A stretch of 64,000 bases of DNA from Saccostrea cucullata (GCF_032062105.1 NW_026926086.1:62001-126000), one strand, 5' to 3'. Shown: positions 24,532 through 39,406, counted from the stretch's first letter. Numbers and translations are program-made. Notes: generated from the sequence alone by a model not told the origin.

Positions 24532-24828
24532 AAATGAAAGATATGGAGATAATGAACAATGTTCAATATCAAAGTCCATGAAACAATGCAAAATAGGAGC
24601 AGAGCAAACATGGACCTCCAAAACATCAGAGGTGGGATCAGGTGCCAAACAGTAATGAGTTGACCGGTCACACCCGCCGTGTGCTCCTTGTCATGATCAT
24701 CAAATAACGGATAAATCCGTCGACAATTCGCTGTATAAATAATGGATTTACAAGTAGTATGAAAAACGGCATTTGACGTAATGATAAATTGTATTTGCTG
24801 ACAAAGTCATTGTATCGAGCATACAATT
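24532..24828 (-). mobile_element. Penelope-like element 3' fragment (RT C-terminus + UTR)
   Basis: Encodes KLYARYNDFVSKYNLSLRQM, homologous to 50270-50340, followed by the shared UTR. Confidence 0.8.
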
Positions 24829-25772
24829 TACAAATTGATAATGATTCATATGTAGCAGAATCACATGCTGGAAAAGAAGGAAACACACTTGTTAATTGTG
24901 GCCTTTAACTCGACATTGTGACACGATAGCGGTGTTTTTCTTTGAAGTTTACTGTTCTGTATTAGCAATACAGAACGGGACTGTGGTGGGCGGAGCTACT
25001 TTCCGTTCTGTATTAGCCCTGTATACAGTATTGTATTTGCCAACTATTCTGTATCTAAAATACAGCACGGTCTAAAAATAAATCTGATTCAATTTAGCAA
25101 AATCACGTACAAATAGTAAATGCTGATGTTTTCCTATTATAAATTTTGGGAAATAGCCGGTATTTTCCTGAGAATGTAAAATGTCAAAATTTCTCAATAA
25201 CTTTTTAAAAACTTATTCCACACAGAATCTATACGTAATTTCGATCCAAACTAAAAGGAAAATTCACAGTTACGGAAAACATCCACTCTCCCCATGCAAA
25301 ATCATTCAGGTCCCTGTGTCCGCGTTTTTTATTTTTTAAAATCCTTCTCGCTGACGACAGCCACACGTCTCTTACACTTCGTTTTTAATGTCGCAATTCA
25401 ATTTGAAAATAAAAATCCATGACATCAAAGTCCATCAAAGAATTTTCTGTAAATCCTGTTTTCGTAAATCTAGTTAAACCGGAATTTTAATACCCCTGAA
25501 ATATATTATTATAAATCTCCATCTACAATAGATCAAAACAATGACGGTTAAATCATCCAATTAATACATTACGACTGACTATCACTCGATTACGTCTACC
25601 CTGTTAAACTGTCAAAACTATTCTGACCAAATTTTACGTTTTCCGTGGAAATATATATACTGCGAATGCGTACTCCCCGTCGGGGTCTCATCTACAGAAC
25701 TCTAGCGGAAGTTTGGATGCTGCAAAGTTATAATGTGGGCGGAGCTATTTTTGATTGATCGCGTCACAAATC

Positions 25773-25894
25773 ATTTAGAGAACTCGACAGGTTCTGTATC
25801 GTAGATACAAATTTGGGGGTGGAGACTCGTGCTAACGCACTCGTCCAACCCCAAATTTGTATCTACGATACAGAACCCGTCTCGTTCTCTAAAT
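25773..25894. repeat. Long imperfect palindrome
   Basis: Arms ggttctgtatcgtagatacaaatttgggg / ccccaaatttgtatctacgatacagaacc; apex GCTAACGC. Confidence 0.8.
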
Positions 25895-25911
25895 AATACT
25901 TTAGATATGTA

Positions 25912-26055
25912 AGACATTTAGATATATCGACGTCGTGTTGTCAATTAACAATTGTAATTTTCATTCTTATCTCGATAAGCTATATCCTCGTGAGCTTGAG
26001 ATAAATGAAACAACAGAATTTGATACATCTGTTTCACATTTTGATATTTAATTAA
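25912..26055 (+). mobile_element. Penelope-like RT fragment
   Basis: Translates FRYIDVVLSINNCNFHSYLDKLYPRELEINETTEFDTSVSHFDI. Confidence 0.7.
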
Positions 26056-26896
26056 CAAAAAATAAGAACTAAACTCGCCCAAACGACAAAAACCTAAGTC
26101 GTAGGGGTGTGTAGTTTATGACCTCTATTGCTTCAAATCTTTCACTTTCATACCCATTTCACACATATTTGCGTTTACCATGGGGTGTTTTTCCAAGAGG
26201 AGGGGGGGGGGGGGCGGCTATGGTTACCTTTTCTTGCTTTAGTATATACATTTTTATCATGTAAAATCCAAGGGGGCTTAAATCGAGTCGACATATAAAT
26301 GCAGGTTCATGTGTAACTACTGTTAATTGATATGTTTAAAGGTCCACAGCGAGTGTTTTTTTTTTCTCCCATTTAAATATCACGATAAATATTTATCAGA
26401 AAATAGAATGTTCGTTAAAAAGCAGAGGTTTGAATGCAGGTTCTTTTTAGGAATACATAGGAACCTATTCTAATTTTATTGACTTACTATAGTAAAAGAA
26501 ATACATGTTTTCATTGATTGTTCATTAGATTTTTTATCAAATATTCCGGAATAAAACGGTTACAAGGAGTTCTTAATCCCCTTCAGCAAAGTCACGCATT
26601 TTAACGCATATACCATTTCCTATTTTTAACGCAAAATCCATCATATAACGTTTTCTTTCATCACGCATCTTCATGCACTTTAAAAAGTTCATTCAAGGGG
26701 AGGCAGGACCTTTAGCTGAAAAAAATACCTGTAGTTTCATTTTTTCATATTAATAATATATCTTATTTAGAATGACCATCATACCATAAGCCAAATATAT
26801 CAATAAATTTTTAGACTTTTATCTGAGATATTGAGTGACAAATACTTTGCCCCACAGTGTATGACCGCAGTTTTTGGGCACATTTCTCGGTCGATA

Positions 26897-27113
26897 CTGT
26901 GAACCAACTATTATTCGCGACGACTTTATTTCGCGATTTACCAGAGATAAATTGGTTCGCGACGATTAATTTTCGCGATCAAGCCTTTTTGGATCTGTTG
27001 TTAATAGACACATAAACTTGAATGACCGGTTCGCGGCGAGAAATATTCGCGATGACGAGGCTCTCGCGAACTCCGCGAAAATTTCTCGCACGCGAATAAA
27101 AGTTGGTTTACAG
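26897..27113. mobile_element. Tc1/mariner-type MITE
   Basis: TA|CTGTGAACCAACT...AGTTGGTTTACAG|TA, internal TTCGCGA motifs. Confidence 0.85.
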
Positions 27114-28484
27114 TAATTGAATTTGTCAGCATAGATAAAAAAGTTGCCAGCGAAATTGTGTCTTTTTAAATGTTTCAGAGTGTAAATGGGGTAAAAAATT
27201 CGAAAAAACAATATTCTTTTCTCACACCGCATCTGGAGACGGAAAATTACATACTTTTTAAGACATTTTAAACACCAAAAAAATAATTTGCAAAAAATCC
27301 TATCATTAAATATTTGAAAATTTACGTTGAGATTCAAGTTCGTCATGTTATTGATTCACTGAAAAAACAAAGATTGATGAAGCTAATATCAATATTGCAC
27401 AGGACTTAGTTTTAAAAAAGACATGAACATGAGAAAAACGCGTCATGTTTACATTTCTCGAGTACGGGAAAACCCAAGTATGACGTCAGACATTTGCGAA
27501 ATTAGAAAAATAAGACATACTTACAAAATATATCCGTCAACGACAATGTAAAACTAATTTTTATGTTCTCGAATTTTCAAATTTAAAAATACCCAGGCAT
27601 GTACAGATCATGTTGTTTTTATGATATTATACTACCTGTGTTTCTCTTGCTGTGTATACATTACTCTAAGTACTGAGAGATCCACTATGACGTCATTGAC
27701 TCGTTAGACATGCAGTGCAGGAAAACAGAAAAGTGGATCATTTTTTCCCGTTATTTGATAATGTTTGTAAGAAAGAATAAATGTTTTATATATTCATTTA
27801 TAAAATGTTGTACACTAACAAACTGTCAAATTATTATTCAAGAATTTTGGTTACAATCCTGTTTTGTACTTGTTTTATCAGAGATTATGACGTAATTAAA
27901 CTGAGTCATGTGAGCATACATCCTTCGTTCTTTTAATTTTTACTGAATCTTTAGTTTATTGCCAAATTCCTTCTGTTTTGTTCTTGCTAAAATCTCATAA
28001 AAAAGAAAAGTTGTTTTCTTATTACTATATCGCTTTATACTTCAGAGAAACTTGTACCAGGCTATACATGTACATGTAACGTGTTTGCGCGGAAACGGTA
28101 GCGTCATATTTCTATATGACATGACATTAAATGTATGTTACATAACAATTCAATAAGTTAAAAATAGTTAATAATTGTATAAATAATTTTCAAGAATGTT
28201 TCAATGCCGTTCATTAAATTAACCCGAGGCCTCACTTTTAAAATATTTTCAATGTTAACTTGAAGAGAGGCGAAACACACAAATAAAATATTGTTGCATA
28301 ACTCAGAAGTCATTCATTTCATAACGAACACTTTTTGTAGACTTGGTGAAAAAAAAGTGTTGGTTGTTTTATTAAAATTCTAAGCACTCTCAATATACAT
28401 GTACTATATATTGAATCACTACCTATCCCTTCTGTCTGATCAAATTGAATCTCTAAAGTCAAAACATAAAGTGAATAAGCAAAG

Positions 28485-29790
28485 TAGCTCATGCATGAGA
28501 ACATTAATCTAAATCTCCCCAGGCATGATATCAGTAGTTATAAAGCTTTTGATATTTTTGTCGTTTTGAAAGGGTATTGTTGGGAAGAAGACATACATCA
28601 AAACTTTATATTCTTCTTAATGAAATATTTGATGAATATTTTCATTATGAGAACTCTTTATGATGACAATAAAGTAAGCCTATAAAGGTTATTATCAAAG
28701 ACAATAGGTCTTGTGATTTTTTAAACGGATTTTCCGGACATCAGATCTACATTTTTTTTATTAAAAGATATATTGGTAGAATAGTCTAACCTACTACATT
28801 TAGCTTAAAAGGACATCAATAATGCCTTGAATACAAGATATTGCCATTATTGTAATTCCTTAACGCTTGTCTTTTGCATATAGAGTCTTAAACATTGTAT
28901 ACTCTGTCTGGGAATCGTCAATAACATTATTAAAATTTAGGAACTGTAAATTTCCTGATCACGCCCGGTGAGATCAATTTTTATCAGATCAATACATACT
29001 TTTACTTTTGAGTTTATTATGTTGGTGACTCGAAATAGTTTTTTTTGTGGGGTGGGGGTAAATAATAATTTTTTTTTTTGGGGGGGGGGGTGTTCTATTT
29101 TAATCCTATACTAGCTACTTTCACATACTTTCTAAATTAATCCTATAACAAATTACTTTCACAGTGTTTACGTTAGCATATTAAAAGATAATTCATATTT
29201 CTTTTTATAGACAAGCTTAACAATCCAAAAGGTTTTCTTTCCAAATAAAATACATCCTTAATATTAAACCTGTGTTCAGCAACCTTTTAATACTGCTATT
29301 TATACATGAATTTTATGTTCAAAAAAGACAAATTCAACTTTTTTGACTCGTTTTTAGCCAAAACTATTACATTAGAATAATGAGGCACTTACTGTGGCGT
29401 TTGTCTAAATTGTTTAGATACCAGTATATCGACAATGTGTTATCAATTACCAAAATAAATTTCCATTCATTATCTCAATTCGATATATGGTCAAATTGAA
29501 ATTAAAAGATTCCAGTGAGTCTCACATATCTCTTTTACATTTCGATGCTTGACTTAATAATATCAATGAGGATGGGTCGACCTACAAATAAACTGTATGA
29601 AAAACAAGATGGATTTTCCATCGCCATTTTTCATTGTTTATATATATTTTTAAAATAAATGGGCATCATCTTTGTATGGTGTTTAAAATCTATCGACTTA
29701 ATCAATACTGAAGATCATTAGTCGAGCGCAATCAATTTGAAATCCAACAGGATACTGATAAAAAATTGATTTAATTTTTACATCATTTAT
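28485..29790 (+). repeat. Local segmental duplication, copy 1 (copy 2 = 33318-34231 + 49623-50820)
   Basis: Collinear similarity, e.g. gacatacatcaaaactttatattcttcttaatgaaatatttgatgaatat and ggacatcagatctacattttt in both; distal part is an old PLE RT remnant. Confidence 0.85.
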
Positions 29791-32700
29791 ATTATGAATA
29801 AACATCACAGACAAAATATCGTTACAGGACTTGCAAAAATTTCGTTAAAAATGTTTCGATTATTTTATGGTCGTTATTTTCTACCTTGTTGGAATATATA
29901 TACAATACTACATGTATAAGGATAAAGTTATTATTATGTAAACTTGATTGTAATGAATCAATCTGTTTCTTGATATATGCATCTCATATCCTATGTTTTG
30001 GGTACAGACAGACGGGCGGACAGACGGTCAAATTCAGAGAAAACCTGTAGTTACCTCCAGTTTCACAATTAGACTGCTACTCAAGATCACTATTGACAAT
30101 TCACATCCTTTTTCCGCTTTCTGTATCAGTCAAAATTCAAAAAATGAAAGGAACAAGGCAATAATCACCTTTTTTTACTCCTACAAACAATACAAAGCAG
30201 AAAACAGAATCCTCTGGAAATTCCAGAGGTATAATAAGGTGCCAAGGAGGAAAGAGCTTCCTCACTTGTCCCGTCACACCCTTTGTCAGCCCTATTATTG
30301 TTCAGTTTGACGAATAATCCGTTGCCTAACAATTGGTAAGAAATAAGTCTGCCAAAATGTGACTTATACAGTTTAAAAACGTCACTGACTTCAATTACAC
30401 GGTTTTCAGAAACTATTCATAGGATTTAATATTACACATAAAACAATAATTTTTGCAAACATCATTCAAAGAGTAGGCACGTTTGACTGGAAAATTAACT
30501 CTATTATATTATCAAAGGTTTCTTCTGTTGATTGATGCAAACATAGAGTCAAATCAGATATGACCGTTCAACAGAGGATACTAACTTCTCCTGAGCACAT
30601 TAGATTCCATCACACGGGGGTCATGTTTGATGTCCTTTTCTCAGATTTAAATTGTTTTCGTTTTAGGTTAAAACCTACCAGTGAACGTTAGTTTTGCCTT
30701 TTTTATTGGAATCAATGAAGAAATGTCCTTTGTGTTGTTTTGTACCCGATGAACATTTATTCTTTTAATGAAAAAACAACAGAACTGAGACACTTTTGAT
30801 GTAAAAGAAACAGGAAGCAGATGAATTTGACCATAGTTAATAAAAGAAATTTTATAAATAAGAAGATACATTTTTGATGATCTTTAACGAAAAGAAATTG
30901 TTTTATCTTTTCGTTATTTTTCATATAAGTTAAGGTTACCAATAAAAAGAACAAAAAGCAGATAAAACTTAAGCATACATGTCCAGAAAGCTTAATTTCA
31001 AATCTGTCAACAAAAGGCTAGCTAGGAGTGTTAGGGATTAATGTTTCAAGTTATGTACAATTCACAAGCTGATCATTATGTCAGATATCAAGCGACGTAA
31101 TCTCGCCATGGACCACCCATATCTTACATGATAGACAGTTTTCGGATTATGCAAGGTAATCATTCCTGAATATAAATTACAAATGTGTTTTTCTCTAGAA
31201 TCCAATCAATCTTTTCTTAATCTTCTCCTACATTATTACATCATGACGAAAAGACATATATTTTTAGCACTAAACCTTATGCATTTCATGTCTAGAAACC
31301 AGATCTTGTCAAAAAATTAATATCATATTCTTCTATATTTATACTATAATTTGTTGGCACTGCAAAGAAATCTCCAGGACCAAAAGGAAAAAGGTATTTT
31401 TTACACAAAAATATGATGCAGGTTGCTGATAAGGCAAGAGTCTGAGGTACGTTACTTTTCCCTATTACACCGATACCAACTGAGCTGATATGGAACGTCG
31501 AGAAAATGACAGCATGATCAGCGATTCACACTCGTGATCCGACAGTGATATAAACATAATATTTTCATCTGTCAGTCCTGTTTATCTCCTGTTTTGCTTT
31601 TTTTTTATTATTTTAAAGTTTCTTGTAATCATAATTTAGCTATTTTTAAAACGGACTTGATATATTAATGTTTTACAACAGCCTAGAAGGTAGGTTAAGA
31701 AAGTAGTTCTAACCTGATTGAAAAATTCATCGATGTGTAACCTTTTTTTGAATTTGCTCTCGTCCAATCAAAACACAGGGAATCAATTGATAAAATTAAG
31801 ATAGGAATTATTGAAGAGTGAAATAAATACACATTAGTGAATCTTTTATTTATTATTATTAAAATTATTGTTATTATTATTATTTTTTTTTTTTTGCTGA
31901 AGCCATTTTTCACATTTATGTTACACGTGTATATGAATATATTTGTATTCTGTATTTTAGGAAGATCAGAGAGAGTATAGGTGGTCAGATATAAACCAGG
32001 ATAACTATTTTAAAAAATCACAGCAACAAAAGTTTAGTTTAGAAAAGCAAAATATATGTTAATGAATAGTATAATTTTTTTTTTAATTTGAGGTCAAGAT
32101 GATGAATTCACATATTGCATAAATACAAGGGTAAATTACTGATAAGAGGGTAGAAAAGATTTACAGTAAATGATGACAATAAGAAAATCCTGCATCCTTT
32201 TTAATATCAATTTCAGAGTACTTTTTCTGTAGAATTACAGACATTTCTGATACATACAATTTCCCGGTACCTTGTACTAATTAGACAGCTCTGGTCCACA
32301 TAACCGTCCAGACCCAGCCTGACATCTAAGCAGTCCCAGAAAACAGTCCCCCGGACTGCTGTGGGACCACTATGGGACTGCTCAAGAAAGCAGACCCAGC
32401 TGTTCCTTGGAATGCTTTTTGGGAATGCGTTGTTTATTCATATATGAAAAATTCTCTGAGTGATATGATAGTTCCGCCCTTTGTGTATTTTGAATTTGCA
32501 GGCTTCCTGTTCTTTTCTTTACTTGCAGCAGAGAGGAGTTTAATCTATTAAAAAAGCAGTGATTTCTAACAAGCTTTAAATAAGTAAAGTAAATTATAGT
32601 TCATTTATAGTTCATTAATATTTTCAGGTACATTTGCACAGAGTTAGTTTAGAATAAATTTTATAAAAAAAATAGTTGTAAAATGAGTAAGTCAGTAGAT

Positions 32701-32892
32701 TTTCATCCCTAGCAATAAGGTTTATGAGAAAAGTTTCTACATGTCAACCTACATCTATTTTATTATTCAATGTAAATTAATGTACTCAAAATTTGCATCA
32801 GCACTTTGATTTTTTTTTATCATTACAGTTAGATATTAATTTTTAAATTGAAAAAAATTACTCGTTTTCAAGTACCAAGCTAATAAAGAGTA

Positions 32893-33100
32893 CTGTAGAT
32901 CACTAAATTTTCGCGACACCTTATTTTCGCGAGATAGTCATCGACTCTTGATTAGCGAAACAAAATTTTCGTAAACTGTGGTTATTGCTCTATATAATCT
33001 TAAGAAATACTATTATATGCGAGAATTTAATTTTCGCGAGCACACTGTCTCGCGTAATTACGCGAAAATAAAGTTCTCGCGAATGAAAAGTGATTTACAG
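32893..33100. mobile_element. Tc1/mariner-type MITE
   Basis: TA|CTGTAGATCACT...AGTGATTTACAG|TA; near-identical copy at 49419-49622. Confidence 0.9.
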
Positions 33101-34708
33101 TACTCCATGAAACCCTCAAATAAAACCTAACAATTTATTAAATGACAATGACATACATTTATGCTACCATTGTTCCGTAACAGACAATGAGAACAATAAA
33201 GTCAGGAGTTTATTAATGAATTATTTTTTTTATTAATTTATTAAAAAGTTATAAAAAGATTTATATTAATATTTAAAGAATAAACATAAGGTCAATAAGG
33301 AAAATATCTCATTTCAAGCCATGAAAACGTTAAACTAAATCTCCCCATGGGGAAACCTATCAATAGTAATAAAGCTATTGATATTTGTGTCGTTTTGTTG
33401 TCGGTTATTGTTCGGAAAATGACATACATCAAAACTTTATATTCTTCTTAATGAAATATTTGATGAATATCGTCATTATGAGAACTCTTTATAATGACAA
33501 TAACGTAAGGCAAAAAAGTTATTATCCTGGACAATAGATTATGTGATTTTTAAGACGGATTTTCTGGACATCAGATCTACATTTTTGTCGATTAAAAGAT
33601 ATATTGGTAAAATAGTCTAACCTACTACATTTAGCTTAAAAGGAAATCAATAAGACCTTGAATATAAGATATTGCCATTGTTGTAATTCCTAAACGCTTG
33701 TCTTTTGCTTGTGAAGTTTATTGTATAATACGTATATAATTTGGCAATACCATTTCTAAAGTTCAGGACCTTGAATTTTCCTCTTCAAGCCGTGTTAGGT
33801 CAATTTCAACAGATCGATACATATTTTTGCTTCTTAGTTTATCATAGTGACCCGACATATTATTAAGGGGCGAGGGTGTTAAAAAAATCTGGCATCTTGT
33901 TTTGTTTTTTTATTTTAATCCGATACTAACGACATTGAAAAATGACGTTCACAGTTTTTACGAGAGCGTATTCAAAGATTATTCATATATCTTTTTATAG
34001 ACCAACTTTACAATAAAAAAAAATATTCCTTATTTTGAATACCCTGTGTATGGAACCTATATTTAGCAACCTTTTAATATTGCAATTTATGCATAAATTA
34101 TAAACTCAGAAAAGGTAAACCAAACTATTTCGACCGTTTTTTTTATTGTTTTCCTTCATGAAGAAAAATAAAAACTATTACATAAAAAAACACTTGCTGT
34201 GGCTTGTGTCTAAATTGTTCAGATACCAGTACAGTGGCTGCAACGTTATTGTTAACAAACCAATCGTGTAAAATCGTCCTTGTAACGTGCGTGATCGTTC
34301 GTGTAACGTGCGAGATCGCGCGTGTATCAGACTCAATCGTTTGCGGTTCTAATCGTGCGTGATCGTGCGTTAAGAAACGTGTAAATTTCGTTTTGTAAGT
34401 TTTTATTGGAATGTTTTTGTTTAATATGCATTTGCTTGTTTGTTTTTGTTTTTAAATCTAAATAAAATAAATGAAGCGCGACTTACTTACTTAAAAGTGG
34501 AACGACCTACTTATTGGTGTTAATAAGTAATATAGTAAGTCGTATATTGCTATGTTCTTATCAATGCAAATAGAGTGAATTTTTGTGATAAACTGTACTT
34601 AGATGTGTAACCATTTTTTCTTTGATGTTCATTGTGTTTACTGGTAATTAATTAAGGTTACATGTAAGTTCTACTTTTACAGATAGATAAATAAACAATT
34701 CTCAATAC

Positions 34709-35771
34709 GGTAGACAGACTACTCGGCCCAACGACACCTCGGCCCGTGCTGGTTGACACCTCGGCCCTGACAGGTCGGCTCAAAATCATTGACACCTCGG
34801 CCCATACCGAAGACTGCTCGGCCCAAGGAACAAATGAAATTTAGTTTTTTTAAATTAGTTTAATTTTTATTTATTTTTTGTATTTTATATGGTAATGTAA
34901 ATGTATACTATGTATATATAATCACTATACGTTTACTATAAATATACGTTAATTTCAGTATTTCGGTCAGTATTTTCTAACAAACCACAGCACAACATCA
35001 AATTACAATCCGTTGATTGGGAGATAACAGGTCTATTTATTTATCTATTTATTGACTTTGTTATTTATTACAACAATGTTTGCAACATTATACATTATTA
35101 ATATATCTAGCCATTTTTAAAAAAATGTTTGGATGCCCTCTCCCGACTGACTGACTAAAATTGTCTACTGCAGTGCATTTTACAGTTGAATTTACTAATA
35201 ATTATGTGTAAACCATTAAGTCTACACAGAAGTTTATGTCCTGGTCCACAAGATCTATTGATTTGTTTATTTTTGATATATATATATTTTAATGTTTAAT
35301 TTTTAAAACTCATATTTTTTTCAAATCAATTCAATAAAATATCAACAATGGTTTCTTAAGGGAACTTTTCATTAACATGATTAAGTCTCCCAATTATGGC
35401 TTCTCGTAATTAACTCCTCAAAGTCACCACCCAATATGACACGTGCTCGAGACTCGAAAAGGATGCACTGCGTCTTCTTGTTTGTTAAATGATTAGCACT
35501 TATAATGAAGTTCCTAATGGATTGTCTTTCTTTAATTACCGTCTTGGAAGATTGCAAATGTATCAAATTAATTTTCTTTTGCATTTCATAGATATATAAC
35601 AGCATAAATATAAATATATTTAATTAAAATGATATATTTCTGTTTGGGCCGAGGTGTCTTTTATGTGAGCCGAGGTGTCTTCAAATTTGGATCGAGCCGT
35701 TGGAGCCGAGGTGTCAATGGGCCGAGCTATCGTTGGGCCGAGGTGTCGTTGGGCCGAGCAGTCTGACATTC
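34709..35771. mobile_element. Non-autonomous DNA transposon with 8-bp TSD
   Basis: TSD CTCAATAC (34701-34708, 35772-35779); inverted gacacctcggccc arrays at both ends. Confidence 0.85.
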
Positions 35772-36642
35772 CTCAATACTTACATTAATATTTTACGCGA
35801 CATGATTGTCAGAGTTTCCTTTACTGGTGTTTATCTACGGAACTTACTTTCAATCATTTTAATTTTGCTATTTCTTTGACTTTATACAATATGTTTGTAA
35901 AATAACTGTTGAGTTTCAGAGATTAAGAAATAGAAACATGGATTTATGCATAACTTATGAGTAAAGAGCTATATTTGTTAAGGGCTTGTTTAGGCCCCTA
36001 CTTGAATTTTTTTTTATTGATCATGGTAGATGTTGAGGTCATCTAGTAACTCATGAAGTATAACTTTCATTGTTCAACCCACTCGTTTCCATGGAAACAG
36101 CCTTCAAATACCAAACCTTCGAATCTGACTATATTTGGCATTGATTCAAAAATGAACTTGTTTCTTTTACGGAACATTTACAAAAAAGCAATTCATTTCA
36201 CCACTTGATCCATTAAAGAGATTTTATATTAATAAATTTAAGTATCTGTTTCCATGGCAACAACTAAAAGATAATAATAAGGAAACAACTACTAATAGTT
36301 TACGTTATATTGTTTCATTTTTCTCCATATTTACATAAATGGTTAAAGTAATCTTGAATAAACAACTCATTTCTTCATAACTGATAGAACAATTTCTTAA
36401 TTATTTAAAATGATGAGAGATACTTATAGAGATCATAGACATCATTCTGTTGTATATTTATACATAAGAGACCCAAAGTATGTAGAGTTCACCTGTACAT
36501 GCTCAAATATTTTGATACAGAAAAATATATTACTTTAGTAATTTTACACTTTTAAAAAATTGTTTGTAAAACCTGAAATCAGTATCACTTTATAAAAATA
36601 CAATGTCTCTCAAAGTAGATCTCAAAAGGCTAGAAAGATTCT

Positions 36643-37070
36643 AAACAAGAGGCCCAGGGGCCACAGCCCTCACCTGAGCACATCGGCTAGGAAAAAGCAC
36701 ATATCAGATCATGAAAGTTTACTGAGGGGGGGGGGGGGGCTTATATTTAAACCCCCAGGGGTTCATGATTTGAACAAACTAGAATCTACACTACCTGAGG
36801 ATGATTCCATATAAATATCAAAAATCAAGTCTTTGAAGTACTTGAAAAAAAGATTTTAAAAGGTTACCCTATATATCCCTAGGCTATTTTAAAACTTGGG
36901 TCTGCCATTTTGGCCCTACCCTAGTCCCGGGGTCATGGTTTGAACAAACTTGAATCTACACTACCTGAGGATAATTTCACCGAGTTTCATCTTTCCTGGC
37001 CCAATGGTTCTTGCGAAGAAGATTTTTTAAAAATGCCATTAATTTTTCTCATAATTATCTCCCCTTGGAA

Positions 37071-37121
<51 letters not shown>

Positions 37122-37128
37122 ACTTTGC

Positions 37129-37195
<67 letters not shown>

Positions 37196-37235
37196 AACAA
37201 TGACGACGATGATGACGACAACAACGACGACGACA

Positions 37236-37279
<44 letters not shown>

Positions 37280-37297
37280 TCTCAGGTGAGCTAAAAA
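36643..37297 (+). mobile_element. Complete short HINE inserted downstream of the transposase ORF
   Basis: aaacaagaggccc...ctcacctgag start, ~2 satellite units, (gac)n tract, end hairpin gctcacttgagccttcgtctcaggtgagctaaaa. Confidence 0.9.
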
Positions 37298-37381
37298 TGA
37301 GCTTAATTTACAACAATGGTTATATTTAATAAACAAGAGAGATTCTTTCATATACCAGGTACATCCGTCTACATAATTATG

Positions 37382-39406
37382 TTAAGTTTCATGTTCTCTG
37401 CAATGGAAGACTGTTGCGGTAGAGGACAACCGAGATGGTTTCAATACTTTGTCGTGTCTCTCTATACCAAGATACCATAGGACACTGGCTATGTGAGCGC
37501 AGCACCCAACCATTCTGGCTCCAACTTTACAAGTGCAGTACCAGCCTTTAATAGGGAGATCTGTTCCACAAGAGTAGTCAATCCAGAGAGTGTGAACTGC
37601 AGCCTTTGTATGTCTTGACTGGATCTTAACCTGCAATAAGGATTCACTTTCTTTGCAGACCAACAAATCAAAATTTCCTTCTTCCGATATATGCTCCCGT
37701 GCATAGTTTGGTGCTTGCTTGATTTGATAGACTCCAAGGGTAATGGATCTTAAAATATCTAGAGATAGTCTTGGAAAGTCCTGTAATGATTCTCCATCGA
37801 GTTTTCTATAGGCAGATCTTCGTCTAGCCAAATTGTTTTCCTCAACAAACAGTTTCAATGGATTTTCCATAAGTGAACGTTCTAGCATCTTCTTTGCTAC
37901 TTCATCATCCTCTGGGTGGTGAAGTAATGCCCCCTTGTATTTATTTAGCAATCCACAAATAATTTTTACAAGGTCTCCAATGCTTGGAATCATGCTGTTG
38001 GGAACAATCTTATCAAAAAAACGAAAGTGTTTGATCCTAGCATTCGTACGCTCCACAACCCATCGGCATTTTGTTACAAGGCGTGTAAGATTAGCATCTT
38101 TGGTTGAAAGTTGTTTTGACCCTTTTGGGAGACAGATGGACATTTTTACCATGTAACCACTGTCCTCTAAAAACTTCACAGCATCCTTAAATCCTCTGTC
38201 AACAAGAAAGACGTCATCTTTTCGAAACCAAGATGCCATGTTTTCTACATTGTTTGTGATGGCATGCTGTGTGATAGCTGCATCGTTGTTATGGCCATCT
38301 GAGAAGTACGGTCCTAGCACTGACAATATATATCCGTCTGTTCCAACAATGACCATGGGTTTGACCAATGGTCTATGATTGTGCATACTGAAGGACATTC
38401 TCTGAAATCGATAGTCTTGACTCTTCTGAATAAAGACATATGTTCCGTCAAGGACTACAACAGCTTGGCCTGGCTGGGTTGTAAACAACTTCTGAGCTAT
38501 TGGAGTGGTATGACTAGTGGCCATGTCATCATGGTTGATATGTTGAAAACCCACTGTGTGCGGCACAAATGTTTCCATTAGTGTTCTCCTTACTGCATGA
38601 ATAATTCTTTGAACGTGAGTTGTCTTTAATCCAAATATTGTGGCCAGAATTTTATTCGCCAATCCAACCCTCAATTTCATAAGAAATATGCCAAGGCATG
38701 TCCTGACTGATCTGTTTCCAGTATTTCTCACGGTTGACAAATGCTGAACCATATCACTGAAGTTTTCTTTTGTCAACCCAGTTAGATCCTTATAGTTTTC
38801 TTCTGTCAACGGAGACGACACATCAAAGTTCAAATGGGAAGATGTTGATTTCATTCTTTGTCTAAGATTATTTAAAAGATCCAGTATATCTGTGTGTGAG
38901 AAGAATTCAAAATCCTTTGACGACTGCAGTTCTTGCAATGCTGCTAATGTGAAGTATTTATCATTCATGTGCTTTCTGCAACAACGATTTTTCTGTGAAA
39001 TGAAAATTCCCTTTTCAACAAATACTTGGGTCCTGGTGTCTGAAGTGACTTGTATCAATCGATTTCGATGATTTGCTTCTTTCTTGCAGACAATACAGTA
39101 GCGATGAGTCTTTGGTGCTGATTTGATGTGCAGTTTGATAGATTTTGGGGAAGCAAATGTTTGAGAATGATCATCCTCATTATCCTCTAGCATGTTAATT
39201 TGCATGGTTCGACTTCTTGTAGAAAGAGTTGACCTTGTTTCTTTGTAAATCTTTGCAGTACATCGTGAGCACAGACGATCCGCATCAGTAATTACACGCT
39301 GCAACTCTTTGGTAAGGTATATGTTCAAAACACCAGTAAAACAGTGTCTACTATTCCCTATCTGGCAGCGCTTCTCACAAAAACAGCAGATGATTGATTT
39401 TACCAT
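37382..39406 (-). CDS. DDE transposase (Harbinger/ISL2-type DDE_Tnp_4-like + HTH) with N-terminal Cys clusters and C-terminal SWIM finger, 674 aa
   Basis: VVLDGTYVFIQK, LVDRGF, RWVVERTNARIK triad; LTGLTKENF..FLMKLRVGL HTH region; CTCKVGARMVGCCAH SWIM; uninterrupted ORF; acceptor ttttattttccatttttag ~20 nt upstream of the ATG. Confidence 0.9.
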   Translation of the reverse strand: MVKSIICCFCEKRCQIGNSRHCFTGVLNIYLTKELQRVITDADRLCSRCTAKIYKETRSTLSTRSRTMQINMLEDNEDDHSQTFASPKSIKLHIKSAPKTHRYCIVCKKEANHRNRLIQVTSDTRTQVFVEKGIFISQKNRCCRKHMNDKYFTLAALQELQSSKDFEFFSHTDILDLLNNLRQRMKSTSSHLNFDVSSPLTEENYKDLTGLTKENFSDMVQHLSTVRNTGNRSVRTCLGIFLMKLRVGLANKILATIFGLKTTHVQRIIHAVRRTLMETFVPHTVGFQHINHDDMATSHTTPIAQKLFTTQPGQAVVVLDGTYVFIQKSQDYRFQRMSFSMHNHRPLVKPMVIVGTDGYILSVLGPYFSDGHNNDAAITQHAITNNVENMASWFRKDDVFLVDRGFKDAVKFLEDSGYMVKMSICLPKGSKQLSTKDANLTRLVTKCRWVVERTNARIKHFRFFDKIVPNSMIPSIGDLVKIICGLLNKYKGALLHHPEDDEVAKKMLERSLMENPLKLFVEENNLARRRSAYRKLDGESLQDFPRLSLDILRSITLGVYQIKQAPNYAREHISEEGNFDLLVCKESESLLQVKIQSRHTKAAVHTLWIDYSCGTDLPIKGWYCTCKVGARMVGCCAHIASVLWYLGIERHDKVLKPSRLSSTATVFHCREHET